Source: Bacteroidota bacterium
Lineage (GTDB): Bacteria; Bacteroidota; Bacteroidia; Chitinophagales; Chitinophagaceae
Length of the DNA stretch: 64,000 nucleotides
Assembly: GCA_039798645.1 (NCBI GenBank)
Contig: JBDKFR010000068.1
Coordinates: forward strand, 4,744 to 68,743
Direction: 5' to 3'
Of the stretch, positions 12,471 to 21,031 are shown piece after piece (within the stretch, counting starts at the first letter, position 1; every line of letters starts with the position of its first letter). The notes under the pieces are model-generated. The model was not told where the DNA came from and ran no database searches. It was given only the letters and a program-made list of their open reading frames with translations. The position numbers and the translations under genes are program-made.

Positions 12471-13802
12471 ATGAATTTTATTAACAGTATTTTATTGTTT
12501 TTTGGCATTCTTTTATTGAGTCCTAGTCTTGTTTCAACATTGGAATCTAATAAGGCAAATTCAATCGAATTAGCAGCTATTAAAAATGATCCCTACGATA
12601 ACATGGTTCTCGTTCGTGGAGGAACATTTGGCATGGGAATGAATACCGAAGAAAATGAAATGAGACAATGGAATAATACATTGAGACGTGTTACCGTAAG
12701 TTCATTTAGAATTGATAAGTATGAAGTAAGCAATAAAACTTACAGAGATTATACCCATTGGTTAGAAAAATTAGGAAAGGATTCAGCTCAATATAAGGAC
12801 TTAGCAATAGAAGCACTTCCTGATACCTTAGTTTGGAAATCCCCTTTAGCTTACAATGAACCAATGATTCTAGGTTATTTCAGAGCTAAAGCTTTCAATG
12901 ATTATCCAGTGGTAGGTGTTAGCTGGGAGCAGGCTACCAAATTTTGCAGATGGAGAACAGATAGAGCCAATGAAAATACTTTAAGATTTTATGGTTTATT
13001 GAACAAAAAACAACAATACATTGGAAAGATAGCTGGCAAAGAAAAATTAGAATATGGTGGTAAAAAACCAAATTCAAAATTGAAAAAATCAGGTGAAGAA
13101 TTTATTATGGTGCCTGACTTTAGATTGCCAACAGAAGCAGAATGGGAATATGCAGCTAAAGTGTCGAGTGCAAAAAATTATGTCTCTAATTTTAAGAATC
13201 CAAAAGCAGGATCTAATTCAAGTCACCCAAATGCGAGTGTTTCTCAATCAGACTCTCCATTCCCTTGGAGTACAAGCGGAAATGAAAGTATCAGAAATAC
13301 CAAAAAAGCGGATCAAGGTATGTTTGTTGCCAATTTTAAAAACGGAAGAGGTGACTATATGGGAATGATTGGATATTCAAATGACGGTGCAGGCTTTCCT
13401 TCTAAAGTAGGTAGCTTTACACCAACTAGAATAGGTTTATATAATTTAAATGGCAACGTAAATGAATGGGTTGCGGATTTATACAGACCATTAAGCAGTG
13501 TTGATATGGATGATTTTAATCCATACAGAGGAGACAGCACCTTGGATGGCGATGATGCCGAAGTAGCTCAATATGATTCTGATGTTAATACCTTAATTTC
13601 TAATAAATCAAGAGTGTACAAAGGAGGTAGTTGGAAAGACAGACCATATTGGCTAAACCCAGGCACAAGAAGGTTTTTAGATCAAGATAAATCAACCAGC
13701 ACCATCGGATTCCGATGTGTATCTTCTGCTTTTGGATTTGATGCAGCTAGTGAAGCTTCTGATAAATCTAAGCCTTGGTATAAGCGTCTGTTTAAAAAAT
13801 AA
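12471..13802 (+). CDS. gldJ: GldJ-like FGE-sulfatase-domain gliding/T9SS protein
   Basis: ALPDTLVW..LAYNEP, YPVVGVSW.QA, FRLPTEAEWEYAA, GNVNEWVAD, RVYKGGSWKD, IGFRC; divergent from porU and upstream of murF. Confidence 0.8.
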   Translation: MNFINSILLFFGILLLSPSLVSTLESNKANSIELAAIKNDPYDNMVLVRGGTFGMGMNTEENEMRQWNNTLRRVTVSSFRIDKYEVSNKTYRDYTHWLEKLGKDSAQYKDLAIEALPDTLVWKSPLAYNEPMILGYFRAKAFNDYPVVGVSWEQATKFCRWRTDRANENTLRFYGLLNKKQQYIGKIAGKEKLEYGGKKPNSKLKKSGEEFIMVPDFRLPTEAEWEYAAKVSSAKNYVSNFKNPKAGSNSSHPNASVSQSDSPFPWSTSGNESIRNTKKADQGMFVANFKNGRGDYMGMIGYSNDGAGFPSKVGSFTPTRIGLYNLNGNVNEWVADLYRPLSSVDMDDFNPYRGDSTLDGDDAEVAQYDSDVNTLISNKSRVYKGGSWKDRPYWLNPGTRRFLDQDKSTSTIGFRCVSSAFGFDAASEASDKSKPWYKRLFKK

Positions 13803-13806
13803 TTGA

Positions 13807-14292
13807 ATGAAATTGCGCATTGGTTCAGGAATAGACTTTCACCAATTAGTGGAAGGTCGAGATTTATGGATTGGAGGTATAAAAATTCCACATACAAAAG
13901 GAGCTTTAGGTCATAGTGATGCCGATGTTTTATTACATGCTATTTGTGATGCATTACTCGGCGCATTAAGCTTAGGTGATATTGGAACACATTTTCCCGA
14001 TACGGATAACGCTTATAAAAATATTGATAGTAAAATTTTATTAGCACGTACATACGATTTAATTACCGAACAAGGCTATCAAATTGTGAATATTGATGCT
14101 ACACTTTGTTTAGAAGCTCCCAAAATAAAACCTTACGTAATTGAAATGCAAAATTGTATTGCATCTATTTTACATATTGGTGATAAGGATATTTCAATTA
14201 AAGCTACAACTACGGAGACAATGGGTTTTACAGGACGACAAGAAGGTCTTGTTGCCACGGCTACATGCCTGCTCACTGCTATCAATAGTTAA
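13807..14292 (+). CDS. ispF: 2-C-methyl-D-erythritol 2,4-cyclodiphosphate synthase
   Basis: RIG.G.DFH, GHSDADVLLHAI.DALLGA, DIG.HFPD, KATTTE. Confidence 0.97.
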   Translation: MKLRIGSGIDFHQLVEGRDLWIGGIKIPHTKGALGHSDADVLLHAICDALLGALSLGDIGTHFPDTDNAYKNIDSKILLARTYDLITEQGYQIVNIDATLCLEAPKIKPYVIEMQNCIASILHIGDKDISIKATTTETMGFTGRQEGLVATATCLLTAINS

Positions 14293-14303
14293 CCTCTTTT
14301 ATA

Positions 14304-15602
14304 ATGAAGCTTCCCTCTATTTCATTTTTATACGAACAGTACAAGCTGCACCCACAAGTGCAAACCGATACCAGAAAATTAAAATCAGGTGATTTATATT
14401 TTGCTTTAAAAGGACCCAATTTTAATGGAAATAATTTTGCAATTGCAGCACTTGAAAATGGAGCAAGCTTCGCTATTGTTGATGAGCTAATCGAAAAAAG
14501 CGAGTCTTTTGAAAATAGGATACTTCAAGTTGATGATGTACTAACTACATTACAAAATCTGGCAAAACATCATAGAGCACAATTTACTGTTCCATTTATT
14601 GGCATCACAGGTAGTAATGGAAAAACAACTACAAAGGAATTGGTTTTTGCTGTATTATCAAGCCATTTTAAAACTTATACTACGCAAGGCAACCTCAATA
14701 ATCATATTGGAGTGCCGCTTACCTTATTAAGCATTGGTATGGATGCCGAAATGGCTGTTATTGAAATGGGCGCTAATCATTTAAAAGAAATAGCGGGTTA
14801 CTGCGAATATGCAATGCCTAATTATGGATTAATTACCAATTGTGGTAAAGCCCACTTAGAAGGATTTGGATCGGAGGAAGGTGTAAAAAAAGGAAAGGGT
14901 GAATTATTTGAGTCTTTGCGTTTACATAAAGGCACTGCATTTATCATGAGTGATTATGACTACTTAGTTAATATGAGTAAAGATATTGAAGAAGTGATTA
15001 CCTATGGAAATAGGTCAGGAAATTTGCAAGCAACTGCAAACACAGTGAATGGATTTTTACAAGTAAATTTTATCAAGGGGTCTCCTATTCAAACGATTCA
15101 AACACAATTAGTAGGTGAATATAATTTACCGAATATATTAGCAGCAGTCAGTATTGGATTATATTTTAATGTTCCAGCAGAAAAAATAAAAAATGCAATT
15201 GAAAACTATAGCCCTACCAATAGTCGCTCGCAATTATTAAAGTGGAATAATAATGATATTATTTTAGACGCTTATAATGCAAACCCAAGTAGCATGCAAT
15301 TAGCGATTGAAAACTTCGCAAAACTAAATGCACAAAATAAAGTTGTTTGTATAGGTGGCATGAAGGAATTAGGAGATACAAGTTTAGCAGAACATCAAGC
15401 TTTGATTCATTTATTAGAAAAAAATGAATGGGAAAAAGTGATATTAGTCGGAGGAGATTTTGAAAATTGTAATCATAACTACTTATACTTTCCTAGTGCA
15501 TTAGAAGCAAAGGCTTGGCTTGCTCAACAACATTTTAACAATAGAACCATTCTCATTAAAGGATCAAGAGGTATCCGAATGGAACAAGTTCTTGAATCAT
15601 AA
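14304..15602 (+). CDS. murF: UDP-MurNAc-tripeptide--D-Ala-D-Ala ligase
   Basis: TDTR, ITGSNGKTTTKE, NNHIGVP, DAYNANPSSM, KGSRG. Confidence 0.95.
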   Translation: MKLPSISFLYEQYKLHPQVQTDTRKLKSGDLYFALKGPNFNGNNFAIAALENGASFAIVDELIEKSESFENRILQVDDVLTTLQNLAKHHRAQFTVPFIGITGSNGKTTTKELVFAVLSSHFKTYTTQGNLNNHIGVPLTLLSIGMDAEMAVIEMGANHLKEIAGYCEYAMPNYGLITNCGKAHLEGFGSEEGVKKGKGELFESLRLHKGTAFIMSDYDYLVNMSKDIEEVITYGNRSGNLQATANTVNGFLQVNFIKGSPIQTIQTQLVGEYNLPNILAAVSIGLYFNVPAEKIKNAIENYSPTNSRSQLLKWNNNDIILDAYNANPSSMQLAIENFAKLNAQNKVVCIGGMKELGDTSLAEHQALIHLLEKNEWEKVILVGGDFENCNHNYLYFPSALEAKAWLAQQHFNNRTILIKGSRGIRMEQVLES

Positions 15603-15635
15603 TTTATGCTCATTTAATTTTTATACCTTCACCCC

Positions 15636-16079
15636 ATGCCAAAAAATTTCATTTCTAGTATATTAACAAATAAATGCCCTAGATGTCGTGAGGGTAAATT
15701 ATTTGTAAGCAATAATCCTTACGATTTTTCTAAAATGACCACCATGAATGACAACTGTCCGGTTTGCGGACAACCTACTGAAATTGAAGTAGGTTTTTAT
15801 GTTGGCACAGGCTATGTGAGCTATGCCTTGATGGTCGCATACTTCGTTTCCACTTTTGTAGCTTGGAAAGTATTAATTGGAATGACATTTGATTTAGATG
15901 ACAATAGAATATTTTATTGGATGTTTGGCTCCATAGGATTAGTTGTTTTGTTACAACCCATTTTTATGCGTTTGTCAAGGTCTATTTGGATTGCCATGTT
16001 TGTTTCCTATCATAAAAATTGGAAAGAGGATCCATTGGAATACAATGAAAGAATGGATGAGAAAATGAAGGAGAAATAG
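15636..16079 (+). CDS. DUF983-family membrane protein (two CxxC motifs)
   Basis: KCPRCREGKLF, CPVCG, E.GFY.G..YVSY, two TM helices, R.SRSIW. Confidence 0.8.
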   Translation: MPKNFISSILTNKCPRCREGKLFVSNNPYDFSKMTTMNDNCPVCGQPTEIEVGFYVGTGYVSYALMVAYFVSTFVAWKVLIGMTFDLDDNRIFYWMFGSIGLVVLLQPIFMRLSRSIWIAMFVSYHKNWKEDPLEYNERMDEKMKEK

Positions 16080-16130
16080 TTACTGCTATATTTATTTAAA
16101 GCAATCACAATCAATTCGCTAGTCTTTTAC

Positions 16131-16138
16131 TACATTTG
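16131..16138 (+). promoter_or_regulatory. -7 promoter element (TACATTTG) of tRNA-Ser
   Basis: Exact TAnnTTTG ending 11 nt before the tRNA 5' end. Confidence 0.7.
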
Positions 16139-16148
16139 CAACCCCAAT

Positions 16149-16233
16149 AGAGAGGTGTCCGAGTGGTTGAAGGAGCACGCCTGGAAAGTGTGTATACGGC
16201 AACGTATCGAGGGTTCGAATCCCTTCCTCTCTG
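16149..16233 (+). tRNA. tRNA-Ser(GGA)
   Basis: Acceptor AGAGAGG/CCTCTCT, anticodon arm CACGC-CTGGAAA-GTGTG, long variable arm, GGTTCGAATCC; CCA not encoded. Confidence 0.97.
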
Positions 16234-16235
16234 CA

Positions 16236-16265
16236 AAGCCTGTCATGATAATGACAGGCTTTTTT
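16236..16265 (+). terminator. Intrinsic terminator after tRNA-Ser
   Basis: AAGCCTGTCAT-GATA-ATGACAGGCTT followed by a T-run. Confidence 0.8.
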
Positions 16266-16318
16266 AATGCGACACAACGTCGAAAGCTTGCTTTCGAAAG
16301 TTGGGGAGCGTTAAAAAA
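16260..16318 (+). ncRNA. Structured hairpin element, possibly Flavo-1-like RNA motif
   Basis: TTTTTAATGC/GCGTTAAAAA outer stem, CAAC/GTTG, TCGAAAG/CTTTCGA closing a G(CUUG)C tetraloop; family name is from recollection, not a search. Confidence 0.4.
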
Positions 16319-16320
16319 GC

Positions 16321-16361
16321 CAATGGGTACTGATGAACTTCCTCTTCATCAGTACCCATTG
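16321..16361. repeat. Perfect 17-bp inverted repeat
   Basis: CAATGGGTACTGATGAA-CTTCCTC-TTCATCAGTACCCATTG. Confidence 0.9.
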
Positions 16362-16390
16362 AAAGGCTTTGGTAAAAGAGCTCGACTTGA

Positions 16391-16555
16391 GGGATGACGA
16401 CGAACAGAGTGAGTCGACAATCATACCCATGTTAGGGATGACGACGAACAAGAAGACGCGGGCGAGCGTCTGATGAAAGTCGACAATCATACCCATGTTG
16501 GGGATGACGACGAACAAGAAGACGCGGGCGAGCGTCTGATGAAAGTCGGCAATCC
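16391..16555. repeat. GC-rich 66-bp tandem repeat (~2.2 copies plus a 44-bp variant unit)
   Basis: GGGATGACGACGAACA at 16391, 16435, 16501; 66-bp period over 16412-16554 with only two differences (A16434/G16500, A16483/G16549). Confidence 0.92.
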
Positions 16556-16623
16556 TAATAAGTATGAAAGCCTCTTGATTTGTAATATTTTAATTAGTTT
16601 TATCGTTATACAAAAAACATCAT

Positions 16624-17355
16624 ATGAATTGGATAGAAAAATTCAAGCTTAAACATAGGGCCTTAAAATATAAGAATAGAGATGACAAAGGTGGTATTGC
16701 CTATATATTGGACGCCGTAAAAAAAGGAAACACTGTTTTAGATATTGGCGCGCATAAAGGTGGGTACTTATATTTTATGCAAAAAAATGTAGGTCTGGAA
16801 GGACAAATCCATGCATTTGAACCGCAATCATTTTTATACAACTACTTAGTAAAAATGAAACCAATTATGCAATGGAACAATGTAACAATTAACAATATTG
16901 CATTATCCGATACTGAATCAACTGCTACTTTATTTATCCCATCCAATGTAACTGGTGATAACTCATCCCCTAGCGCTACTATTTTTGACCAACACACTTT
17001 AGGAGCGGTTGCAAAAACAGAAACTGTTTCAACCATGACGGTTGATCATTATTGCGAAAAGCACCAATTGAAACCTGATGTTTTTAAAATAGATGTAGAA
17101 GGAAATGAATTAAAAGTTTTCAAAGGTGCTATCCAAACTTTACAAAAATACAAGCCAAAAATAATTGTTGAAATTGAAGCTGCACATGTTGGCAAGGAAC
17201 AAGTATTAGCAACTTTTGATTTTTTAAAGCAATTAGGATATAATGGCCGCATCATTCATGGAATGAATCAATTACCCTTGGCTGATTTTAGTTTTGACAA
17301 ACATCAAAACAGAGGTGACTTGAACAACTATTGCAATAATTTCATATTCGAATAA
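16624..17355 (+). CDS. FkbM-family SAM-dependent methyltransferase
   Basis: VLDIGAHKG, HAFEP, NIALSD, KIDVEGNE. Confidence 0.9.
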   Translation: MNWIEKFKLKHRALKYKNRDDKGGIAYILDAVKKGNTVLDIGAHKGGYLYFMQKNVGLEGQIHAFEPQSFLYNYLVKMKPIMQWNNVTINNIALSDTESTATLFIPSNVTGDNSSPSATIFDQHTLGAVAKTETVSTMTVDHYCEKHQLKPDVFKIDVEGNELKVFKGAIQTLQKYKPKIIVEIEAAHVGKEQVLATFDFLKQLGYNGRIIHGMNQLPLADFSFDKHQNRGDLNNYCNNFIFE

Positions 17356-17373
17356 TCAGCCTTCATTAAGTAA

Positions 17374-18141
17374 TTAAATACCAAATAACTTTTCGGCATT
17401 AGCAGTTGTTATGGCTGCTATTTCATGTAATGGAACTTGTTTAATTTCTGCTAATTTTTTTGCAACCTCTATCATAAATGCAGGCTCATTTCTTTTACCT
17501 CTGTAAGGAACTGGCGGCAAATAAGGCGCGTCTGTTTCTAAAAATATCCACTCCATAGGTATATCTTTAACTGCTTCAGCAACACCTGCATTTTTATAAG
17601 TAAGCACTCCCCCTAATCCCAAATAAAACCCCATTTCAATAATTTGCTGTGCTGATTCTTTGCTTCCACTAAAACAATGAAAGGCTCCTCTTAATCCTTT
17701 TTTAGCAAAAGGTTTCACCATTTCGATTGTTTCTCCCATCGCATTGCGGGTATGTATTACAATGGGTGTTTTATAGTCTATAGCCCATTGCATTTGTATT
17801 TCAAAGGCTTTAAATTGTTGTTCTGTAAATGTTTTATCCCAATAAAAATCAAGCCCAATTTCTCCAATGGCAACAAATTTTCTTTTTGCCAACCATGCCG
17901 CTACAATTGCTAATTCTTGCTCATAATTTTCTTTGACATAGCATGGATGCAACCCCATCATAGCGATACATTGATCAGGATATTTTGATTCCAACATTAA
18001 CATATCATCAATACAATTACTATCAATTCCTGGCATCAGAATTTTGTCTACGCCTGATGCATGGGCATTCGTTAATACCGATTCAATTTCTGGCAGTATC
18101 GTTTCATCGTAAATGTGGGAATGGGTATCAATAAAGCGCAT
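17374..18141 (-). CDS. tatD: TatD-family hydrolase
   Basis: IDTHSH, GLHP, AIGEIGLD, IHTR, HCFSG, LETDAPYL; start at MRFID. Confidence 0.93.
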   Translation of the reverse strand: MRFIDTHSHIYDETILPEIESVLTNAHASGVDKILMPGIDSNCIDDMLMLESKYPDQCIAMMGLHPCYVKENYEQELAIVAAWLAKRKFVAIGEIGLDFYWDKTFTEQQFKAFEIQMQWAIDYKTPIVIHTRNAMGETIEMVKPFAKKGLRGAFHCFSGSKESAQQIIEMGFYLGLGGVLTYKNAGVAEAVKDIPMEWIFLETDAPYLPPVPYRGKRNEPAFMIEVAKKLAEIKQVPLHEIAAITTANAEKLFGI

Positions 18142-18214
18142 AATTTGGGATTGAGTACACAAAAAAAAGATATTTTTTCCAGCTTACATACTAAAACCAT
18201 TTATTTCATCGTTT

Positions 18215-18222
18215 TAGCTTTG
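18215..18222 (+). promoter_or_regulatory. Orphan -7 element TAGCTTTG with no ORF behind it
   Basis: Exact TAnnTTTG on + strand between two minus-strand genes. Confidence 0.55.
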
Positions 18223-18226
18223 GACG

Positions 18227-18313
18227 ATAGGTCTTATTAGTACAGACTTTATCTTTTTGTTTTTTATAGGGTACGGATTATACAGGCCGAGGTTTCTACC
18301 TTGGCCTTTTTTT
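18227..18313 (+). ncRNA. Candidate ~85-nt small RNA
   Basis: -7 element, 5' hairpin GATAGGTCT/AGACTTTATC, U-rich core, terminator AGGCCGAGG-TTTCTA-CCTTGGCC-T7. Confidence 0.5.
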
Positions 18314-18328
18314 ATCATGAAATACGTG

Positions 18329-18952
18329 TTAAGGAATAAGCTCCATTCGGTAGCCAAGATTCGAAAAATACTCCAATACAATTGGTAATGCAACAGACAT
18401 TCGGTCCCATGCTTTTTGACTATCATGAAAAACAAGGATAGAACCAGGAACTGTATTTTTGATAACATTTCGGGCACAGGTTTCGCCGTCAATTTTTTGA
18501 TCAAAATCTCCACTCAAAACATCCCACATTATTATTTTATTAGGCAAACTATCAGATTGCTTTAATAATTTAATTTGACTTTTTTTAATACGGCCGTAGG
18601 GGGGTCTAAATAAATTACTTTCAATCATATTCTTAGCATCCTTAATATTTTCAATATAAAGTTGATTTTCTGTTTGCCATCCATTTAAATGGTCATAAGT
18701 ATGATTGCCTACCCTATGTCCATCTTTTAATACTGACTCATAAATATTGGGATGCTTAAGTACATTATTACCAATGCAAAAAAAAGTTGCTTTAGCGTTA
18801 TATTTTTTCAAATATGCTAAAACATAAGGGGTCGCTTCTGGATCTGGGCCATCGTCAAAAGTCAAATAAATCACCTTGTCTTTAGCAGGCATTTTCCAAG
18901 TACATTTGGAATAAATTGCGCGTAACCAAAAAGGTGTTTTAATTAAATACAT
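18329..18952 (-). CDS. Polysaccharide deacetylase (NodB/CE4)
   Basis: YLTFDDGP, GNHTYDH, FRPPYG, MWDV.S.D, VFHD; ATG 3 nt after TATCTTTG (18956-18963). Confidence 0.92.
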   Translation of the reverse strand: MYLIKTPFWLRAIYSKCTWKMPAKDKVIYLTFDDGPDPEATPYVLAYLKKYNAKATFFCIGNNVLKHPNIYESVLKDGHRVGNHTYDHLNGWQTENQLYIENIKDAKNMIESNLFRPPYGRIKKSQIKLLKQSDSLPNKIIMWDVLSGDFDQKIDGETCARNVIKNTVPGSILVFHDSQKAWDRMSVALPIVLEYFSNLGYRMELIP

Positions 18953-19015
18953 ACCCAAAGATAAATAGTTCTTTTGCCCATTTGAATATTATCTTTGTGT
19001 AAATGATTTAAAAGT

Positions 19016-20545
19016 ATGGATTCAAAGGTAAGAGTGAGATTTGCACCGTCTCCAACAGGTGGTTTACACCTAGGTGGCGTTCGAACAGTATTATTTAATT
19101 ATTTATTTGCAAAGCATTATAAAGGAGACTTTATTTTAAGAATTGAGGATACGGATCAAACCCGTTTCGTGCCAGGAGCTGAACAATATATTCAAGATAC
19201 TTTGGCATGGTGTGGATTAGTACCTGATGAAAGTCCTTTACATGGCGGAGCTTATGGCCCTTATCGTCAAAGCGAACGTAAGCCCATGTATAAGCAATAT
19301 GCAGAAACCCTAATTGCACAAGGGAATGCTTATTATGCATTTGACACCCCTGAAGATTTAGATACTAAAAGAAAAGAAATTCCCAATTTTCAATACAGTC
19401 GTGCTTACAGAATGGAAATGAAAAATTCATTGTCACTATCTAAAGATGTAGTGGATGAATTATTGAAAACGAATACGCCTCATGTTATTCGTATAAAGGT
19501 TCCTGAAAACGAAGAAGTGAGTTTAGAAGATGTTATACGTGGTCATGTCAGTTTTGATACCAATATGGTAGATGATAAGGTTTTATTAAAAGCCGACGGC
19601 ATGCCTACTTATCACCTTGCTGTGGTGGTGGATGATCATTTAATGAAAATTACCCATGCATTCAGAGGTGAAGAATGGCTTCCAAGTGCGCCTGTGCATG
19701 TATTATTATGGAAATATTTATTTGGTCTAGATCAAATGCCAAAATGGGCTCACTTGCCATTAATTTTAAAGCCAGATGGGAATGGAAAACTAAGTAAACG
19801 TGATGGTGAAAGATTAGGATTTCCGGTGTTTGGAATGGATTGGACAGACCCGAACACGAATACGACGACAATAGGTTTTAAAGAAAGAGGTTTCTTACCT
19901 GAAGCCTTTGTTAATTTACTTGCTATGTTGGGTTGGAATGATGGAACCGATCAAGAAATTTTTTCATTGAATGAATTAATTGAGAAGTTCTCTATGGAAC
20001 GTGTTCATAAAGGTGGCGCAAAGTTTGACTATGAAAAAGCTAAATGGTATAACGGAGAGTGGATTAAAAAAATGGATAATGAAAAATTAGCCACATTGGT
20101 TAGACCCTATTTTGATGCTGCTGAAATAGAAATTCACGAAAATGATTATTTAGTAAAAGTCGTTGGCCTCGTTAAAGAACGTTGTCAGTTATTACCAGAC
20201 TTTATCACACAAGCAAGTTTTTATTTTCAAATACCTAAGCAAATTGACATAGCAAGTATTGCTCCAAAATGGGATGAGAAAAAGAGAGGCTTTTTTGAGG
20301 AATTAACTTCGATTTATACTAATGCAATGACAACTGGTGTTGCTTCTGCTCCTGCTGCTGAATTGGAAGTGGAATTTAAAGCATTAGCATCAAAGCATGA
20401 TTTAAAACCAGGCGAGCTCATGTTGCCATTTAGAATTATGCTGGTAGGTGGCAAATTTGGGCCAGGTGTATTTGAAATTGTAGAAACCATACAACTAAAA
20501 GATACTATTGCAAAAATTCAACATAGTTTGCAATTATTATCATAG
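19016..20545 (+). CDS. gltX: Glutamate--tRNA ligase
   Basis: RFAPSPTG.LHLGG (HIGH), RIEDTD, KLSKR (KMSKS); -7 element TATCTTTG at 18990-18997. Confidence 0.97.
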   Translation: MDSKVRVRFAPSPTGGLHLGGVRTVLFNYLFAKHYKGDFILRIEDTDQTRFVPGAEQYIQDTLAWCGLVPDESPLHGGAYGPYRQSERKPMYKQYAETLIAQGNAYYAFDTPEDLDTKRKEIPNFQYSRAYRMEMKNSLSLSKDVVDELLKTNTPHVIRIKVPENEEVSLEDVIRGHVSFDTNMVDDKVLLKADGMPTYHLAVVVDDHLMKITHAFRGEEWLPSAPVHVLLWKYLFGLDQMPKWAHLPLILKPDGNGKLSKRDGERLGFPVFGMDWTDPNTNTTTIGFKERGFLPEAFVNLLAMLGWNDGTDQEIFSLNELIEKFSMERVHKGGAKFDYEKAKWYNGEWIKKMDNEKLATLVRPYFDAAEIEIHENDYLVKVVGLVKERCQLLPDFITQASFYFQIPKQIDIASIAPKWDEKKRGFFEELTSIYTNAMTTGVASAPAAELEVEFKALASKHDLKPGELMLPFRIMLVGGKFGPGVFEIVETIQLKDTIAKIQHSLQLLS

Positions 20546-20593
20546 AATTATTGTAAATTGATTACAACAATGATGTTGTATAAATAAAACCAA

Positions 20594-21007
20594 ATGATGG
20601 CCACGAAACCCATTAGAGTATTAGTTGCAAAAGTTGGACTTGATGGACATGATCGAGGAGCCAAGGTAATAGCTACAGCTTTAAGAGATGCTGGAATGGA
20701 AGTGATTTATACCGGACTTCGTCAAAGTCCTGAAATGGTTGTTCAAGCTGCTTTGCAAGAGGATGTGGATGCTATAGGAATAAGTATTTTATCCGGTGCA
20801 CACATGACTATTTTTCCCAAGGTTTATCAATTAATGCAAGAAAAAGGACTCCATAATACTTTACTAACTGGCGGAGGCATTATTCCAGATGATGATAACG
20901 CCAAGCTTAGTGCAATGGGTATTGGAACGCTTTTTAGCCCTGGCGCCAACACCACTGATATAGCTGACTATATTAAAAAATGGGTGGCAGAGCACAGCAA
21001 CAATTAA
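20594..21007 (+). CDS. Stand-alone cobalamin-binding subunit of an acyl-CoA (methylmalonyl-CoA-type) mutase
   Basis: [13 protein letters not shown] (DxHxxG), SILSGAH, GGIIP. Confidence 0.9.
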   Translation: MMATKPIRVLVAKVGLDGHDRGAKVIATALRDAGMEVIYTGLRQSPEMVVQAALQEDVDAIGISILSGAHMTIFPKVYQLMQEKGLHNTLLTGGGIIPDDDNAKLSAMGIGTLFSPGANTTDIADYIKKWVAEHSNN

Positions 21008-21031
21008 TTATTCATTTTTAAATACCCGAGT

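Noticed and set aside
16455-16516. Tandem hammerhead ribozymes (hairpin followed by CTGATGA)
   Set aside because: No NUH site 5' of the stem, no stem II directly after CUGAUGA, and GAAC instead of GAAA.
16155-16517. ORFs 16155-16397 (+) and 16311-16517 (-)
   Set aside because: They overlap the tRNA and hairpins; the repeated peptide only reflects the 66-bp (22-codon) DNA repeat.
16391-16555. Mini CRISPR array
   Set aside because: The sequences between repeats are identical or structural variants rather than unique spacers, and no cas genes are present.
18214-18513. 99-aa minus-strand ORF
   Set aside because: Alternative frame overlapping the deacetylase 3' end and the terminator; no recognisable motifs.
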